From positions 5,024,001 through 5,088,000 of the forward strand of contig CAWIAD010000002.1 in assembly GCA_963833985.1 (NCBI GenBank): DNA of 64,000 bases, read 5' to 3'. The notes beneath the pieces were generated by a model. That model ran no database searches. It was not told where the DNA came from and worked only from the letters and a program-made list of their open reading frames with translations. The first letter of the stretch is position 1; each line of letters starts with the position of its first letter. The position numbers and the translations under genes are program-made. Positions 52,830 to 62,863 of this stretch are shown here, piece after piece. The stretch comes from an uncultured Planctomycetaceae bacterium (GTDB lineage Bacteria > Planctomycetota > Planctomycetia > Isosphaerales > Isosphaeraceae).

Positions 52830-53606
52830 GTGGACGACTTCACTGCGCGCAGCCGACGGCCCGTCGTGGCGGATCGGCAGTCTTTCCCCCGGCGCACGAA
52901 TCCCAACCGCCCTCCGGAGTGCAAGCCAGGGCCGGCGCCCGCGGCAGAGCACCAGGACCGCGCGTATCCGGAGAAGTGTCATCCTCACCGGTCCAGGCCG
53001 CCGCTCGATTCGGAGCAGCAAGACCTGGCGGCAAGTTACCTGCCCCTGGCACGGTCCCTGGCCCGCCGGATGCATGCCGACTTCCCTGGCGGCGACGACG
53101 AGTTCCGCTCCGCGGCATTCCTGGCACTGGTGGAGGCCGCCCAGTCGTATGATCGCACGCGGAACGTGAATTTCGCCACCTACGCGCGGCACCGGATCTG
53201 GGGCGCGCTCTGCGACCTGCGCAGGGAGATGATTGGCAGTGTCCGGCCGGAAGGATTCGGGGCGGCCGTGGCGGTGATACGTCTGGGATCAAACTTGCCG
53301 GATGGACGCGGGGTGATCGGCAGCGAACCCGACGTTCCGGTCGGGACGGAACTGGAGAACCTGGATGCCGTCGAGAACTGGATCAGGAAGCTACCCCGTC
53401 CACATGCCCGGGCGTTTCGCCACATTTATCTCGACGGCAAGTCCCAGGAAGAGACCGCGGCGCTGGTCGGCTGCTCGAAGTCGTGCATGAGCCGGCTGCA
53501 CAGCCAGGCTCTCACCTGGCTGCAACAGACTTACCGGTCTCAGGCCGCGGAGCCTGCTCTCTTGCCGGCCGGTCATGCCGCCCGGTCGGACTTCCTCGAG
53601 GCGTAG
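52830..53606 (+). CDS. Sigma-70 family factor (FliA/WhiG-like)
   Basis: YLPLARSLA, LVEAAQSYD...FATYARHRIWGAL, SQEETAALVGCSKSCMSRLH. Confidence 0.85.
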   Translation: MDDFTARSRRPVVADRQSFPRRTNPNRPPECKPGPAPAAEHQDRAYPEKCHPHRSRPPLDSEQQDLAASYLPLARSLARRMHADFPGGDDEFRSAAFLALVEAAQSYDRTRNVNFATYARHRIWGALCDLRREMIGSVRPEGFGAAVAVIRLGSNLPDGRGVIGSEPDVPVGTELENLDAVENWIRKLPRPHARAFRHIYLDGKSQEETAALVGCSKSCMSRLHSQALTWLQQTYRSQAAEPALLPAGHAARSDFLEA

Positions 53607-54751
53607 GCGAATTCGTTGAAGAACTGCCGGATCGAGCCCACCACGTAGCGCTGTTCCGCGTCGGTGAGCTCGGGATAAATCGGCAGGGCCAGGGTCTCCC
53701 GCGCGGCCGACTCGGAGTGCGGGAAATCTCCCGCCTTGTGACCGAGGGACGCGAAGCAAACCTGGAGGTGGAGCGGGATCGGATAGTAGATCTCCGTACC
53801 GATCTTCCGCGTGGCAAGGTGGTCCCGGAGGCCGTCGCGCAGGGTCGCTGGAACGCGGATGACGAACTGGTTGTAGACGTGAAAATTGCCATGACGTTCG
53901 ATCGGCAAGCCCACCGCCTCTTCCAGGCCATGCGTCGCGAAGAGGTTGTGGTAGCGGTCGGCCGCTTCCCTTCGCAGGCTCGTCCAGGTGTCGAGATGAC
54001 GCAGCTTGACCCGCAGTACGGCCGCCTGGAGCGCATCGAGCCGCGAGTTGAAGCCGACCTCGTGATGATGGTATTTCGGCTCCATACCGTGCACCCGCAG
54101 GCGGGCAATCCGGCGCGCGAGCTGAGGGTCGCTCGTCGTCACCATCCCGCCGTCGCCGAACCCTCCCAGGTTCTTGGAGGGATAAAAACTGAACGCCGCC
54201 GCATCTCCCAGGGCGCCGGTGCGGGTGCCGTGATAGGCAGCGCCGATCGCCTGCGCGGCATCCTCGATCACCATGATCCCGCGCCGCCGCGCAATCTCCT
54301 GGAGGGGCTGCATCTCGGCCGTCTGGCCGTAGAGGTGCACCGGAATGATCGCCCGGGTGCGCGGGGTGATCGCCGCTTCCACGAGCGCAGGGTCAATATT
54401 GAACGTGCCCGGCTCGATGTCGACGAAGACCGGTCGGGCTCCCGTCCGCCAGATCGACCCGGCGGTGGCGAAGAACGTGTACGGAGTGGTGATGACCTCG
54501 TCACCCGGGCCAATATCAGAGGCCAGGAGCGGCAGCAGCACCGCGTCGGAGCCCGAAGCACAGCCGATCCCGCTGGCCGCTCCGCAGTAATCCGCAATCT
54601 CGGCTTCAAGCCTGGCCACTTCGGGACCAAGCACAAAGGCCTGGTTCTCCAGGACCTCTCGAACGACCGGCTCGATCTCATCGCGGATCGACTGGTACTG
54701 GGCCTTGAGATTGAGGGCGGGAACACTGGGGGGATCTTGAAAAACACTCAT
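53573..54751 (-). CDS. DegT/DnrJ/EryC1/StrS aminotransferase
   Basis: PVHLYGQ, EDAAQA, SFYPSKNLGGFGDGG, NSRLDALQAA. Confidence 0.95.
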   Translation of the reverse strand: MSVFQDPPSVPALNLKAQYQSIRDEIEPVVREVLENQAFVLGPEVARLEAEIADYCGAASGIGCASGSDAVLLPLLASDIGPGDEVITTPYTFFATAGSIWRTGARPVFVDIEPGTFNIDPALVEAAITPRTRAIIPVHLYGQTAEMQPLQEIARRRGIMVIEDAAQAIGAAYHGTRTGALGDAAAFSFYPSKNLGGFGDGGMVTTSDPQLARRIARLRVHGMEPKYHHHEVGFNSRLDALQAAVLRVKLRHLDTWTSLRREAADRYHNLFATHGLEEAVGLPIERHGNFHVYNQFVIRVPATLRDGLRDHLATRKIGTEIYYPIPLHLQVCFASLGHKAGDFPHSESAARETLALPIYPELTDAEQRYVVGSIRQFFNEFAYASRKSDRAA

Positions 54752-54864
54752 CGGCGATCACTCCTTTGATGCCACGGAACCTCACGCCTGTGTGCGTAAG
54801 CGTGCGAAATGCACTCGAGGGGCTGATCCGAGGCGTCTCCCTCTTGGAGAAGATCGGACGACGC

Positions 54865-54893
54865 ACGCTAGTTCTTCGCGCTGTTTGTGTCAA
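54865..54893 (-). promoter_or_regulatory. Sigma70 promoter for the DegT gene
   Basis: TTGACA-N17-TAGCGT. Confidence 0.5.
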
Positions 54894-54964
54894 TGGAGAT
54901 CAAGATGGGTCTTTCAGCCGGCAAATGCGCTCCCCTCACCAGGTTGACCACGCATCGTTCCTAG

Positions 54965-56964
54965 CCCATGTTTGGGGTGGGTCGCCCTAAGTCCTTGCGG
55001 CGCAAGGGGCGATTTTTCAGATTGTCACTACATCACGGTTTTTTCGTCTTCCGGTGGTGCTGGCGGCCTGAGCTCGGTTAAGCCCAGCGCCTTCAGGACC
55101 CGCCGCGCATCGGGGCAGCCTCCACTGACTCCTTGCCGTTCGGGCTGATCGTCGAGACGGAGGGTCACCACCCGGAGCGTGGAGAGAGCTTGCATCGCCC
55201 TCTCTGGAGAGAAATCTATCCCAGCGTGCTCAAGTCGGCGGTGCAATAGCCGCTGGACCAGTAATGCCAGTGCAGCTACGAAAATATGTGCTTTTACTCG
55301 TTCCTCAATCTGATGATAAATCGGCCGCATGGCCAGCACGTCCTTGAGCTGGCGAAACCCGCGCTCGACATCGCTCAGGTCCTTGTAGATCGCCACGACC
55401 TCAAGCACGCTGAGCGCTGCTTCACTCGTGGCGATCACATACTTGCCTTCGATTCCCTGCTCATTGGTCAGACCCTTCGTGTTCTCAAAGTAGCGGAAAA
55501 TCCCCTTGTCGAGGTCCCACGAATAGTAACGATAGCCATGGTTTCGTTGCAGGAGGCGCTCGGCTGCGGCGCCAATCTTCTCGGGCTGTTTCAACTTCCC
55601 TGCCGCCACACGCCCCTGCAACTTCTCGAGCGATTGATGTGTCCGCTCCATGGCCTTCTGACGCATGGCTTGCTCGTATTCGCGGCGCTCGTCGGAATCG
55701 ACGATGATTATCCGCAAACCTTCAACTCCTGACGGCACCTCTTGCGCCCGAGTGCGCGGTGGATTGGCCTTTTCCCGGGCGGTGATCCCTACCGGGCAAG
55801 AAATCCACTTGGCATCGTCGAGGGCAGCCAGCCACTTGGTCAACTTTGCGTTCCGCCTTCTCTTCACGCCCACAAGATAGCCATGCTTGTCGCCAGTGAT
55901 CGCTTCCAGATTGTCATTGGTGATCATGCCTCGATCGCCGACAAAAACGAGGCGGCTGAAACCAAATCGCTGGTGCAGATCACGAATGGCTTTCTGCACG
56001 GTCTGGTGGTCGACTTCGTTGCCGGCCCAAACGTGATGAGCGATCGGCCAGCCGCCCACCATCACCACTCCGACGATCACCTGGACGTTGTGCGGCTTGC
56101 CGTCCCGACTGTAGCCATGCTTGGCGAAGTTGGCCGGTCCAGCTCCCTCGAAGTAGGTGCTCGTGATGTCATAGAGCACCAGGTCCGGCTTGATACTGAA
56201 CAGGTCGCGAAGGCGGTGATAAAGAGCCACCTCGATCCGTTCCTTGGCGTCCACGAGTTGATCGAGGGTCCGGTACCAGGACTCCAGTTGGCGAAAGTCG
56301 ACGCGAACCCGCTTGTGCTGGTGCCAGCGAGGAACAAAACGGCGGCCTTGGCGATCACAGACGAAGTCGGTCTCCAGCCACCCCGCCAAGCCGTGTTCGC
56401 TGGCGGGGTGAATCAGGCGATTGGCAATGAGCACGAAGGCCCGGTCAGTAAACGGCACGCCTTTGGCTTTGCCGAGTGATTCGTCGAGGATGGTCCAGAG
56501 CCCGAGTTGGTCGAACAAGGCCCGGACGGCGAGGACCGGCCCCCAGGTGGAAGCGTCCAGGATGTCGAGATCCTCGTCCCCAGCGGACTCCGACTCGACA
56601 TCTTGACCGAGCAAGCGTTTTAGCTTGGGAAACAATTCCGCAAGCAGGTCCTTGCGTCCCAGATCGGCCACGGTGCGTTGCTTGACCTTACCGTTGTCGC
56701 GATAGGCTTCGACGACGCGGACGTACTCGTTCAGCGCACCGCTGGACGACCGGACTTTTATGGTTCTCAGGTACATGTCGTGAAGTATCACGACGGAACG
56801 CGCCGATTTCAAGGCGAAATCAAGGTAAATTCCGAAGTAATCGCGTCGATATTGTCACTACACTTTTCGGAAAAAAACGGGTATGCCGCTCGCCAACCCC
56901 TGGAAAATAGAGGAATTATGCGTGGCAGCAGTCGCGCGGAAGGCGATCTCACCCCAAACATGGG
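54965..56964 (-). mobile_element. IS1634 family insertion sequence, 2000 bp
   Basis: Perfect 15-bp TIR CCCATGTTTGGGGTG with CTAG on both sides. Confidence 0.92.
55028..56776 (-). CDS. IS1634 family transposase, intact
   Basis: YDITSTYFEG, GYSRD, VGDRGM, VERGFRQLK..L..RPIYH, RVKAHI. Confidence 0.93.
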   Translation of the reverse strand: MYLRTIKVRSSSGALNEYVRVVEAYRDNGKVKQRTVADLGRKDLLAELFPKLKRLLGQDVESESAGDEDLDILDASTWGPVLAVRALFDQLGLWTILDESLGKAKGVPFTDRAFVLIANRLIHPASEHGLAGWLETDFVCDRQGRRFVPRWHQHKRVRVDFRQLESWYRTLDQLVDAKERIEVALYHRLRDLFSIKPDLVLYDITSTYFEGAGPANFAKHGYSRDGKPHNVQVIVGVVMVGGWPIAHHVWAGNEVDHQTVQKAIRDLHQRFGFSRLVFVGDRGMITNDNLEAITGDKHGYLVGVKRRRNAKLTKWLAALDDAKWISCPVGITAREKANPPRTRAQEVPSGVEGLRIIIVDSDERREYEQAMRQKAMERTHQSLEKLQGRVAAGKLKQPEKIGAAAERLLQRNHGYRYYSWDLDKGIFRYFENTKGLTNEQGIEGKYVIATSEAALSVLEVVAIYKDLSDVERGFRQLKDVLAMRPIYHQIEERVKAHIFVAALALLVQRLLHRRLEHAGIDFSPERAMQALSTLRVVTLRLDDQPERQGVSGGCPDARRVLKALGLTELRPPAPPEDEKTVM

Positions 56965-57079
56965 CTAGGAGCGTAACGCTCGCTGGACTCTTCACTTGAG
57001 AACTTTATCGGTAACGCCTCAATAACCACGCGCAACCGTCTGGCCGGGGAACCGAAACGAGGACGGAGCTGAGCAGCTT

Positions 57080-57168
57080 GTAGGGTACGTCAAGCGCAGC
57101 GACCACGCACCGTTTCTTCGCCGACGATTACACACCGGTGCGTCGTCGCTGCGCTTGACGCACCCTAC
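57080..57168. repeat. GTAG-type REP doublet (REPIN-like long hairpin)
   Basis: gtagggtacgtcaagcgcagcgaccacgcaccg ... cggtgcgtcgtcgctgcgcttgacgcaccctac. Confidence 0.88.
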
Positions 57169-57288
57169 GATTACTTGCAAGCAGCCTCGTGATCCAGGGC
57201 AGCTCTCTCGCCGTGCGCGGGCAAGCGTTCTCCAAACCGCTCACGACGAAGAAAATACGAAGAAAAGGAAGACAGGACTTGTTCTGCT

Positions 57289-57687
57289 TCACGGGGCCAC
57301 GTCGCCCCGCTTCAGCTCGGCGATCCTGGCGGCCACCAAGACATCGAGCAGGGGATGTGGCCCGAGCGGGTGCCCAAGCTGGAAGTCGATCTCCGGATAC
57401 CTCAGGCTGAGGTCGTCACGCGCCCTGGTCAGGTCTCGGAGCAGGTGCACTCCTGAAGACAGAAAGTAAGGAATCATCAAAACTTGCGTCGCACCACGGG
57501 CCACGCAACGGCCACCCCCGGCCGGAATATCCGGCTCTGCCAGCTCAAGAAAGCAGGCCTCCACGATCTTGAACTCGCCGCGCGCGGTCAGGCGCTCTGC
57601 CAGTGCATGCAGATCATCGTTGGCCGGCTGGTGCCGGCTGCCGTGAGCGATGAGAAGAACGGCGGTTTGCCTGTCGGGATCCGTCAT
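57289..57687 (-). CDS. Short CbiX/SirB sirohydrochlorin chelatase
   Basis: IAHGSR, FLELAEP, PYFLSSGVH, PLGPHP. Confidence 0.88.
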   Translation of the reverse strand: MTDPDRQTAVLLIAHGSRHQPANDDLHALAERLTARGEFKIVEACFLELAEPDIPAGGGRCVARGATQVLMIPYFLSSGVHLLRDLTRARDDLSLRYPEIDFQLGHPLGPHPLLDVLVAARIAELKRGDVAP

Positions 57688-57752
57688 AACATCTGCTATT
57701 GGATCAAGGCCAGATCAGGGAGGACTTCCGCTGAGGAGCGACCCTGTGTGGC

Positions 57753-60257
57753 TCACCTGGGTATCACGAACGCGGCACGCACCGGCGGCGGCATCGGCGC
57801 ATCGAGGCCGCGGACCACCTTCCAGATGATCTCGTTGAACAGGAGGTCGTCGGCACGATCCTCGGCCTCAAGGTCGAGTTTCTGCGAAACCTCCGCCAGA
57901 GGTGCGCGTGCGTGGTTCCTGGCGTTGATGTCCACCCCGGCCGGGCGGTGAACGTACGGCTGGAGGTCGGCCCGCGGCGTGAACGAGGCGAACATCGGCC
58001 GGGCCGCGGCGTCGAACTGGCTCATCGGCTCCAGGCCAAGGATCAGCTCCATGGTCCGGAGCATCGAAGAGGTGCTGTACATCGAGGAGTCAACGGCGTG
58101 TCTTTTCACGTACGGGCTGATCGCCAGGGCCACGGTGCGGTGGGCATCGACATGATCGGAACCGTTCTGGGCGTCGTCCTCCACCACGAAGATGGCCATC
58201 TCCTTCCAGAAGCGGCTCTTGCTCAGGCCCTCGACGACCCGCCCAAGCGCCAGGTCGTTGTCGCCCAGGCAGGCCAGCACTGTCGGCGATCCGGGCCGGG
58301 CGCCGGCCGTGTGGTCATTGGGTAGCCGGAGGATGCTGAGTCGCGGCATCTCGCCGGACTTCTCGAACTCCGCCAGCTCGTGCAGGAACCGCTCGGCGCG
58401 CTTGACGTCGGGATACTCCATATCGAAGGTACGGAAGAGCGGGTCGAAGTGGCCCTGTAAGGCCGCGACCGAAGTCGTTCCCGGCTCGTCGGGCGTCTTA
58501 CCGTTCTTGATGAATTCGCCGTAGCTGCGGTAGCTGACCCCCTTCTCCGCCGCGCGGTCCCAGAGATAGCCCGCCGCAGGCCGGGCGAGGGCGAATTCAC
58601 CCTCCGAGGGATAGGGCACGCGGCGATTGCCGCGGTAGGAAAGCGGCCAGGTGCGCTCGACGAAGTCGGTGGCGTAGGCCCCCATCGACCATTCATGGCC
58701 ATCCGCGCTCACCTCGCCGTCCACGTAGAAGTTGTCCAGCAGCACGAACTCGCGTGCCAGGGCGTGATGGTTCGGCGTGATCGCTTCCGGGAAGAGGCAG
58801 AGATGCGGGTCGCCCTTGCCTTCGGGCATGTCGCCGAAGACCTGGTCGTACGTTCTGTTCTCCTTGAGGATGTAGACGACGTACTTGATGGGCGAGGGCT
58901 CGCCCACCCGTCCGGGGATGGGGTGGTCCGCAGGGCCGCGCTCACCCGTGACGGCGGCCGGCGCGCCCTTGCGCAGGGGGCTGCATTCGTAGACCGTCCG
59001 GGAATGGGCCGCCATCTGGCCCGGGCCGGGCATGGGAATGACCGAGAGCGTTCCCTGGAACAGCCCGCCGATGTACTCCCGCACCGATTGACCCGAGCCC
59101 GCCGAGGTCACCGGGTTCGGCCCATCGCGGTTGGCCCGCGAGCCTGCGCCCTTGCCATTGGTGACCAGGATCGTCTTGCCGTTCCTGGCAAAGCGCACCG
59201 ACGTGGGGTGCCAGCCGGTCGGGATGAACCCCAGCGGAGTGCTGGCTCCGGGCTCCTTGACGTTGACCACGGCCAGGTGGTTGGTGTTGGCGTTGGCAAC
59301 CAGCAAGATGGATTCATCGGGCGAAAGCGCCAGCGCGCTGGGCGTGCAGCCGGCAGGCGCCGCCGGATCGATGGCCGTGCCGATCGTCTCGATCGCCTTG
59401 CCGGCCTCGGTATCGATGACGCTCACCGAGTTGCGATTGGCGTTGGCCACGTAGAGCCGCTTGCCGCCATGAGCGAGCAAGAGCTCGTTGGGATGCTCCT
59501 GGGAGGCGATCGAGCCAACCACCTTGAGCGTCTCGGTATCGACCACCGCGACCGCTGCGCTGTTCCAGAGGCTGACAAAAAGCCGCTGGCGCGCCTCGTC
59601 CCAGGCCAGGCCATAAGGGTAGGAATCGGCCGGCAGCGGAATCAGGTCGCGGATGGTCCCGGAGGCGGTGTCAAGCCGGGCCAGGGAGTGGCCGTGAACG
59701 TTGGCCGTCCAGAGCGTCCGGCCATCCGCCGACAGGGCGAGCCCGCCGGGCACGTTGAGCGTTTTCTCCGACTCCGGCGGAGGAAACGGCGTCCGGTTCG
59801 AGAGCAGGCCCGCGGCGTGGTCAAAGCGGTAAATGCGGTGATCAAACCCGCCGCCGACATAGAGCTGCTTGCCGTCCCTCGTCCAGGCCAGGCCGGCGAA
59901 CGTCTCCGGAAGCGAGACACGGCCAATCACCTTGCCGGTCTCGGCGCTGGCCGTCACCACCTCGTGCTCGCCGTAGCCCGCGTGCAGGATCGCCACGATC
60001 GGCTGGCTGGGATGCACGGCCATCTCCACCGGAAAGTCCCCCAGCCGCGTCTGCCGGCCGGCCGGCCTGAGCGACCAGCCGTTGGGCAAGAGCACCGTTC
60101 CCGCCTGAGTGAGACCTGGCCAGGTGGATTGAGGCTTTCTTCCGGAGGACGCAGGGGCAGTCTGTGCCATCACCACGAGCCCGGAGGAGGTCACGAGACC
60201 CGGCAAACCCAGAACAATCGCTGCAAGAATGAGCCTGCCGTACGGAACACCATTCAT
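57753..60257 (-). CDS. YncE/YVTN beta-propeller plus phosphoesterase/alkaline-phosphatase-like protein
   Basis: LPNGW, YVANANRNSVSVID, KENRTYDQ, SADGH, LPNDHT, EDDAQNGSDHVD. Confidence 0.9.
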   Translation of the reverse strand: MNGVPYGRLILAAIVLGLPGLVTSSGLVVMAQTAPASSGRKPQSTWPGLTQAGTVLLPNGWSLRPAGRQTRLGDFPVEMAVHPSQPIVAILHAGYGEHEVVTASAETGKVIGRVSLPETFAGLAWTRDGKQLYVGGGFDHRIYRFDHAAGLLSNRTPFPPPESEKTLNVPGGLALSADGRTLWTANVHGHSLARLDTASGTIRDLIPLPADSYPYGLAWDEARQRLFVSLWNSAAVAVVDTETLKVVGSIASQEHPNELLLAHGGKRLYVANANRNSVSVIDTEAGKAIETIGTAIDPAAPAGCTPSALALSPDESILLVANANTNHLAVVNVKEPGASTPLGFIPTGWHPTSVRFARNGKTILVTNGKGAGSRANRDGPNPVTSAGSGQSVREYIGGLFQGTLSVIPMPGPGQMAAHSRTVYECSPLRKGAPAAVTGERGPADHPIPGRVGEPSPIKYVVYILKENRTYDQVFGDMPEGKGDPHLCLFPEAITPNHHALAREFVLLDNFYVDGEVSADGHEWSMGAYATDFVERTWPLSYRGNRRVPYPSEGEFALARPAAGYLWDRAAEKGVSYRSYGEFIKNGKTPDEPGTTSVAALQGHFDPLFRTFDMEYPDVKRAERFLHELAEFEKSGEMPRLSILRLPNDHTAGARPGSPTVLACLGDNDLALGRVVEGLSKSRFWKEMAIFVVEDDAQNGSDHVDAHRTVALAISPYVKRHAVDSSMYSTSSMLRTMELILGLEPMSQFDAAARPMFASFTPRADLQPYVHRPAGVDINARNHARAPLAEVSQKLDLEAEDRADDLLFNEIIWKVVRGLDAPMPPPVRAAFVIPR

Positions 60258-60484
60258 GAGACCAACCCCAGTGTCCTGAGATATCACGGGAAGCCGCGCG
60301 ATCACATCACCAGATACTTTGCTCAGGATACCCTGGGCACACGTACCTGAACACCCGCTCGACCTGGCCTGGTGAAAACTTTGCCAAACCTTCATCACGG
60401 GTGGTCTTGCCCCGCAATGCCGTCATCCGTTTCGATCGCGATCGGCGGCTGCCGCTCTGAACCAGGCTGCGTGTGCCGGACGGC

Positions 60485-61723
60485 TCACGGTTTCCGCGGC
60501 CGGTACCAGATCACGTTATGCGTGGCGCCGCCGATGGCGACGACATCAGGGACGCCGTCGCCGTCCAGATCTCCCCCGCGCAGGTCCTGCGCGGCGACTT
60601 CGCGGTCGAGAATGGTGCGGGTCCACTGGCGCTTTGATCGGTCAAAATCGTAGATGGAGACGCGATGGTCAGCGCCGCGGTGGCCGGCGAAGATCTCGTC
60701 GTCGCCGTCCGCATCGACGTCGGCCACCCAGAGCGCGTGGCCGTCGGCCAGGGTCGAATCGATGACGTTGCGGTCACCAAACCGGAGCAATCCCTTGTCT
60801 TTTTCCGGCCAGACGACCACCGCGCTGCCGTGCCACGGCTCGATCGTGGCCAGGAAGTGACCGCCATCCTCCCCACCCAGCCGGCCAAGGTGGACCTCGC
60901 TGCAACCGCGTTTCGGGGCGTTCCCGTCCATGCCCGAGACCAGGTGGCGCGCGGTGAGCCGGAACGAGGCGCCGTCGGTGATGACGCCCTCGCCAAGGAT
61001 GGTCACGCCCTCGTTGTCGGCGGTCAAGACCGCCGCGCGGCCCTGCGTGGCCGGCAAGGGGCGCACCTCGATCGCGTGAATCACCGGATGTTCGATCAGC
61101 GGATGCCTGCGCCACGCGGCGGTGCGGGGGTTCCCCTCGGGCTCGAAGGCGACGACTCGGGCGTCGCCAGCATAAACCGGCGGCTTCGCCCCGGGCCCGA
61201 AGATCGAAGCCACGACCAGGTCGAGCTTCGTGTCGCCGTCGACGTCGCCCCAGCGCAGGCGGTGGATGCTCGGGACATCGGCAACCGGCACGAGCGTCCA
61301 GGGATCGTCGGAGCCACTCCCCTGCACCGCCAGCACGAGCTTGCCGCGGTCCGGCTCGTTCATCTCGAAATCGTAGGCGATGGCGATCTCGGCCTTGCCA
61401 TCGCCGTCAAGATCCGCCGTGGCGCTGCTGATGATGCCGGGCGTCTGCTTGCCCGTGGAGACAATCCGCTTTTTCCAGGTCGGGTTCTCATACCAGGCGC
61501 ACGTATCCCCACCCAGCGCGATCACGTCGGGTTTCCTGTCGCCATTCAGGTCGGCGACCTCGACCTGGTAGCCGGCCGGGAAATGGGGGTCGATGACCAC
61601 GCGCTGGAAGCGCGGCTCCTCGCAGTGGCCGGTGGCCAGCGGCCAGTGGCCGGTCAAGACAGTGAGGATCATCGCAGCAGCCAGGTGCCTTCGGGAAAGC
61701 GTTCCACTCGCGGTACGTCGCAC
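60485..61723 (-). CDS. FG-GAP/VCBS repeat beta-propeller protein (aldos-2-ulose dehydratase-like)
   Basis: Repeated DLxGDG motifs, WYENP, SIHRLRW, IEPWHG; start uncertain. Confidence 0.8.
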   Translation of the reverse strand: MRRTASGTLSRRHLAAAMILTVLTGHWPLATGHCEEPRFQRVVIDPHFPAGYQVEVADLNGDRKPDVIALGGDTCAWYENPTWKKRIVSTGKQTPGIISSATADLDGDGKAEIAIAYDFEMNEPDRGKLVLAVQGSGSDDPWTLVPVADVPSIHRLRWGDVDGDTKLDLVVASIFGPGAKPPVYAGDARVVAFEPEGNPRTAAWRRHPLIEHPVIHAIEVRPLPATQGRAAVLTADNEGVTILGEGVITDGASFRLTARHLVSGMDGNAPKRGCSEVHLGRLGGEDGGHFLATIEPWHGSAVVVWPEKDKGLLRFGDRNVIDSTLADGHALWVADVDADGDDEIFAGHRGADHRVSIYDFDRSKRQWTRTILDREVAAQDLRGGDLDGDGVPDVVAIGGATHNVIWYRPRKP

Positions 61724-61800
61724 GACAATCTCTCCTGGAAACAGCTCGTCGCGTTGTCCCTTAAGTATGCTCAGCCACCGGCCCATGACCTCACCGCTCG

Positions 61801-62676
61801 TCACTCCTCAATTCCCTTCTTGCCCCACCCTGCCGGTACGCCGGCGGTGTCTTCGGGCTTGACCATCACGGCGGCCAGGTCGACGTCCTGGTTGATCTCG
61901 GACTCGGCCAGCTTGAGACGGTTCTCGAGCTGGGCAATCTTCTGCTCGAGCAGCAGCACGCGGGCCTCGAGCTCGTCGGGCCGGCGCGGTCGCGGGACTT
62001 CCGGATAGCCGAGCTGCCGCTGGAGCGCCGAGAACAGGTACATCGGGTCCCGGCCGCGGTTGGCCCGGGCAATCTTCCCCTCGCGCTCGCCGAAGAGCGT
62101 CGGATACTTCGGCTCGAACTCGGGGTTGGCCTTCCGCCGTTCCTGCACGAAATACGACGATCGCACGAAGATCAGGTCGGCAAAATCAACATCACCTAAT
62201 CGGGATTGAATAACCGAGATATAATCTTTCCAATCTTCGGTGTAGAACGGGTCGGCGGCCATCGCGACCAGCCCGCGGGTGTATCCCAGCCGGTTCCGGG
62301 ACAGCGACTCGAACTGGAAGATGAAGAGTCCCGGAAGTGACGGATTCTCGGACTTGTACTTGGCCTCCCGTTCCAGGATCAGGAGGGCCTGTTCCATGCT
62401 GAACCGGCTCATGGCGATCTCGGCCTGGTTGATGACGTGCGACTGGAAGGCCGTGAAGTAATGGCCGATCCGCGTCATGGCCGGGGCCATCAGGCCAGAG
62501 CCTTTGATCTCGGCGTAGAGGAAAGAGACGGCCAGCGGAAGCTTGGTGGTCGAGAGCAGCTCCTCACCGATCCGGGCCAGGACCTCCTGCGCGGGGAGCC
62601 CGTCAACGATGCGGTCGCGGAAGGTGTGAAAGAAGTAGACCTGCTCGATGTATTCCTCGCGCTCGAGCACAGGCAT
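61801..62676 (-). CDS. Conserved planctomycete hypothetical protein
   Basis: LEREEYIEQVYFF, LSTTKLP, LFGEREGKIARANR, LQRQLGYP, C-terminal coiled coil. Confidence 0.75.
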   Translation of the reverse strand: MPVLEREEYIEQVYFFHTFRDRIVDGLPAQEVLARIGEELLSTTKLPLAVSFLYAEIKGSGLMAPAMTRIGHYFTAFQSHVINQAEIAMSRFSMEQALLILEREAKYKSENPSLPGLFIFQFESLSRNRLGYTRGLVAMAADPFYTEDWKDYISVIQSRLGDVDFADLIFVRSSYFVQERRKANPEFEPKYPTLFGEREGKIARANRGRDPMYLFSALQRQLGYPEVPRPRRPDELEARVLLLEQKIAQLENRLKLAESEINQDVDLAAVMVKPEDTAGVPAGWGKKGIEE

Positions 62677-62863
62677 GGGCAGCTCCCGGATTGCCGAAAG
62701 ATCACAAGACCCGAAGCGGTTTGTCGCCCTGGCCAGGCCGAGGCGCCTTGCCTTGGCGTTCCTGACGGACGAGCGAGCGCGACTGCGCGCGCAGTCGATC
62801 CTGGTGATGACACATCGCGACGGTGTTGATCCTATCATCCTCGGGCGGTCAAGCGACATGCCG

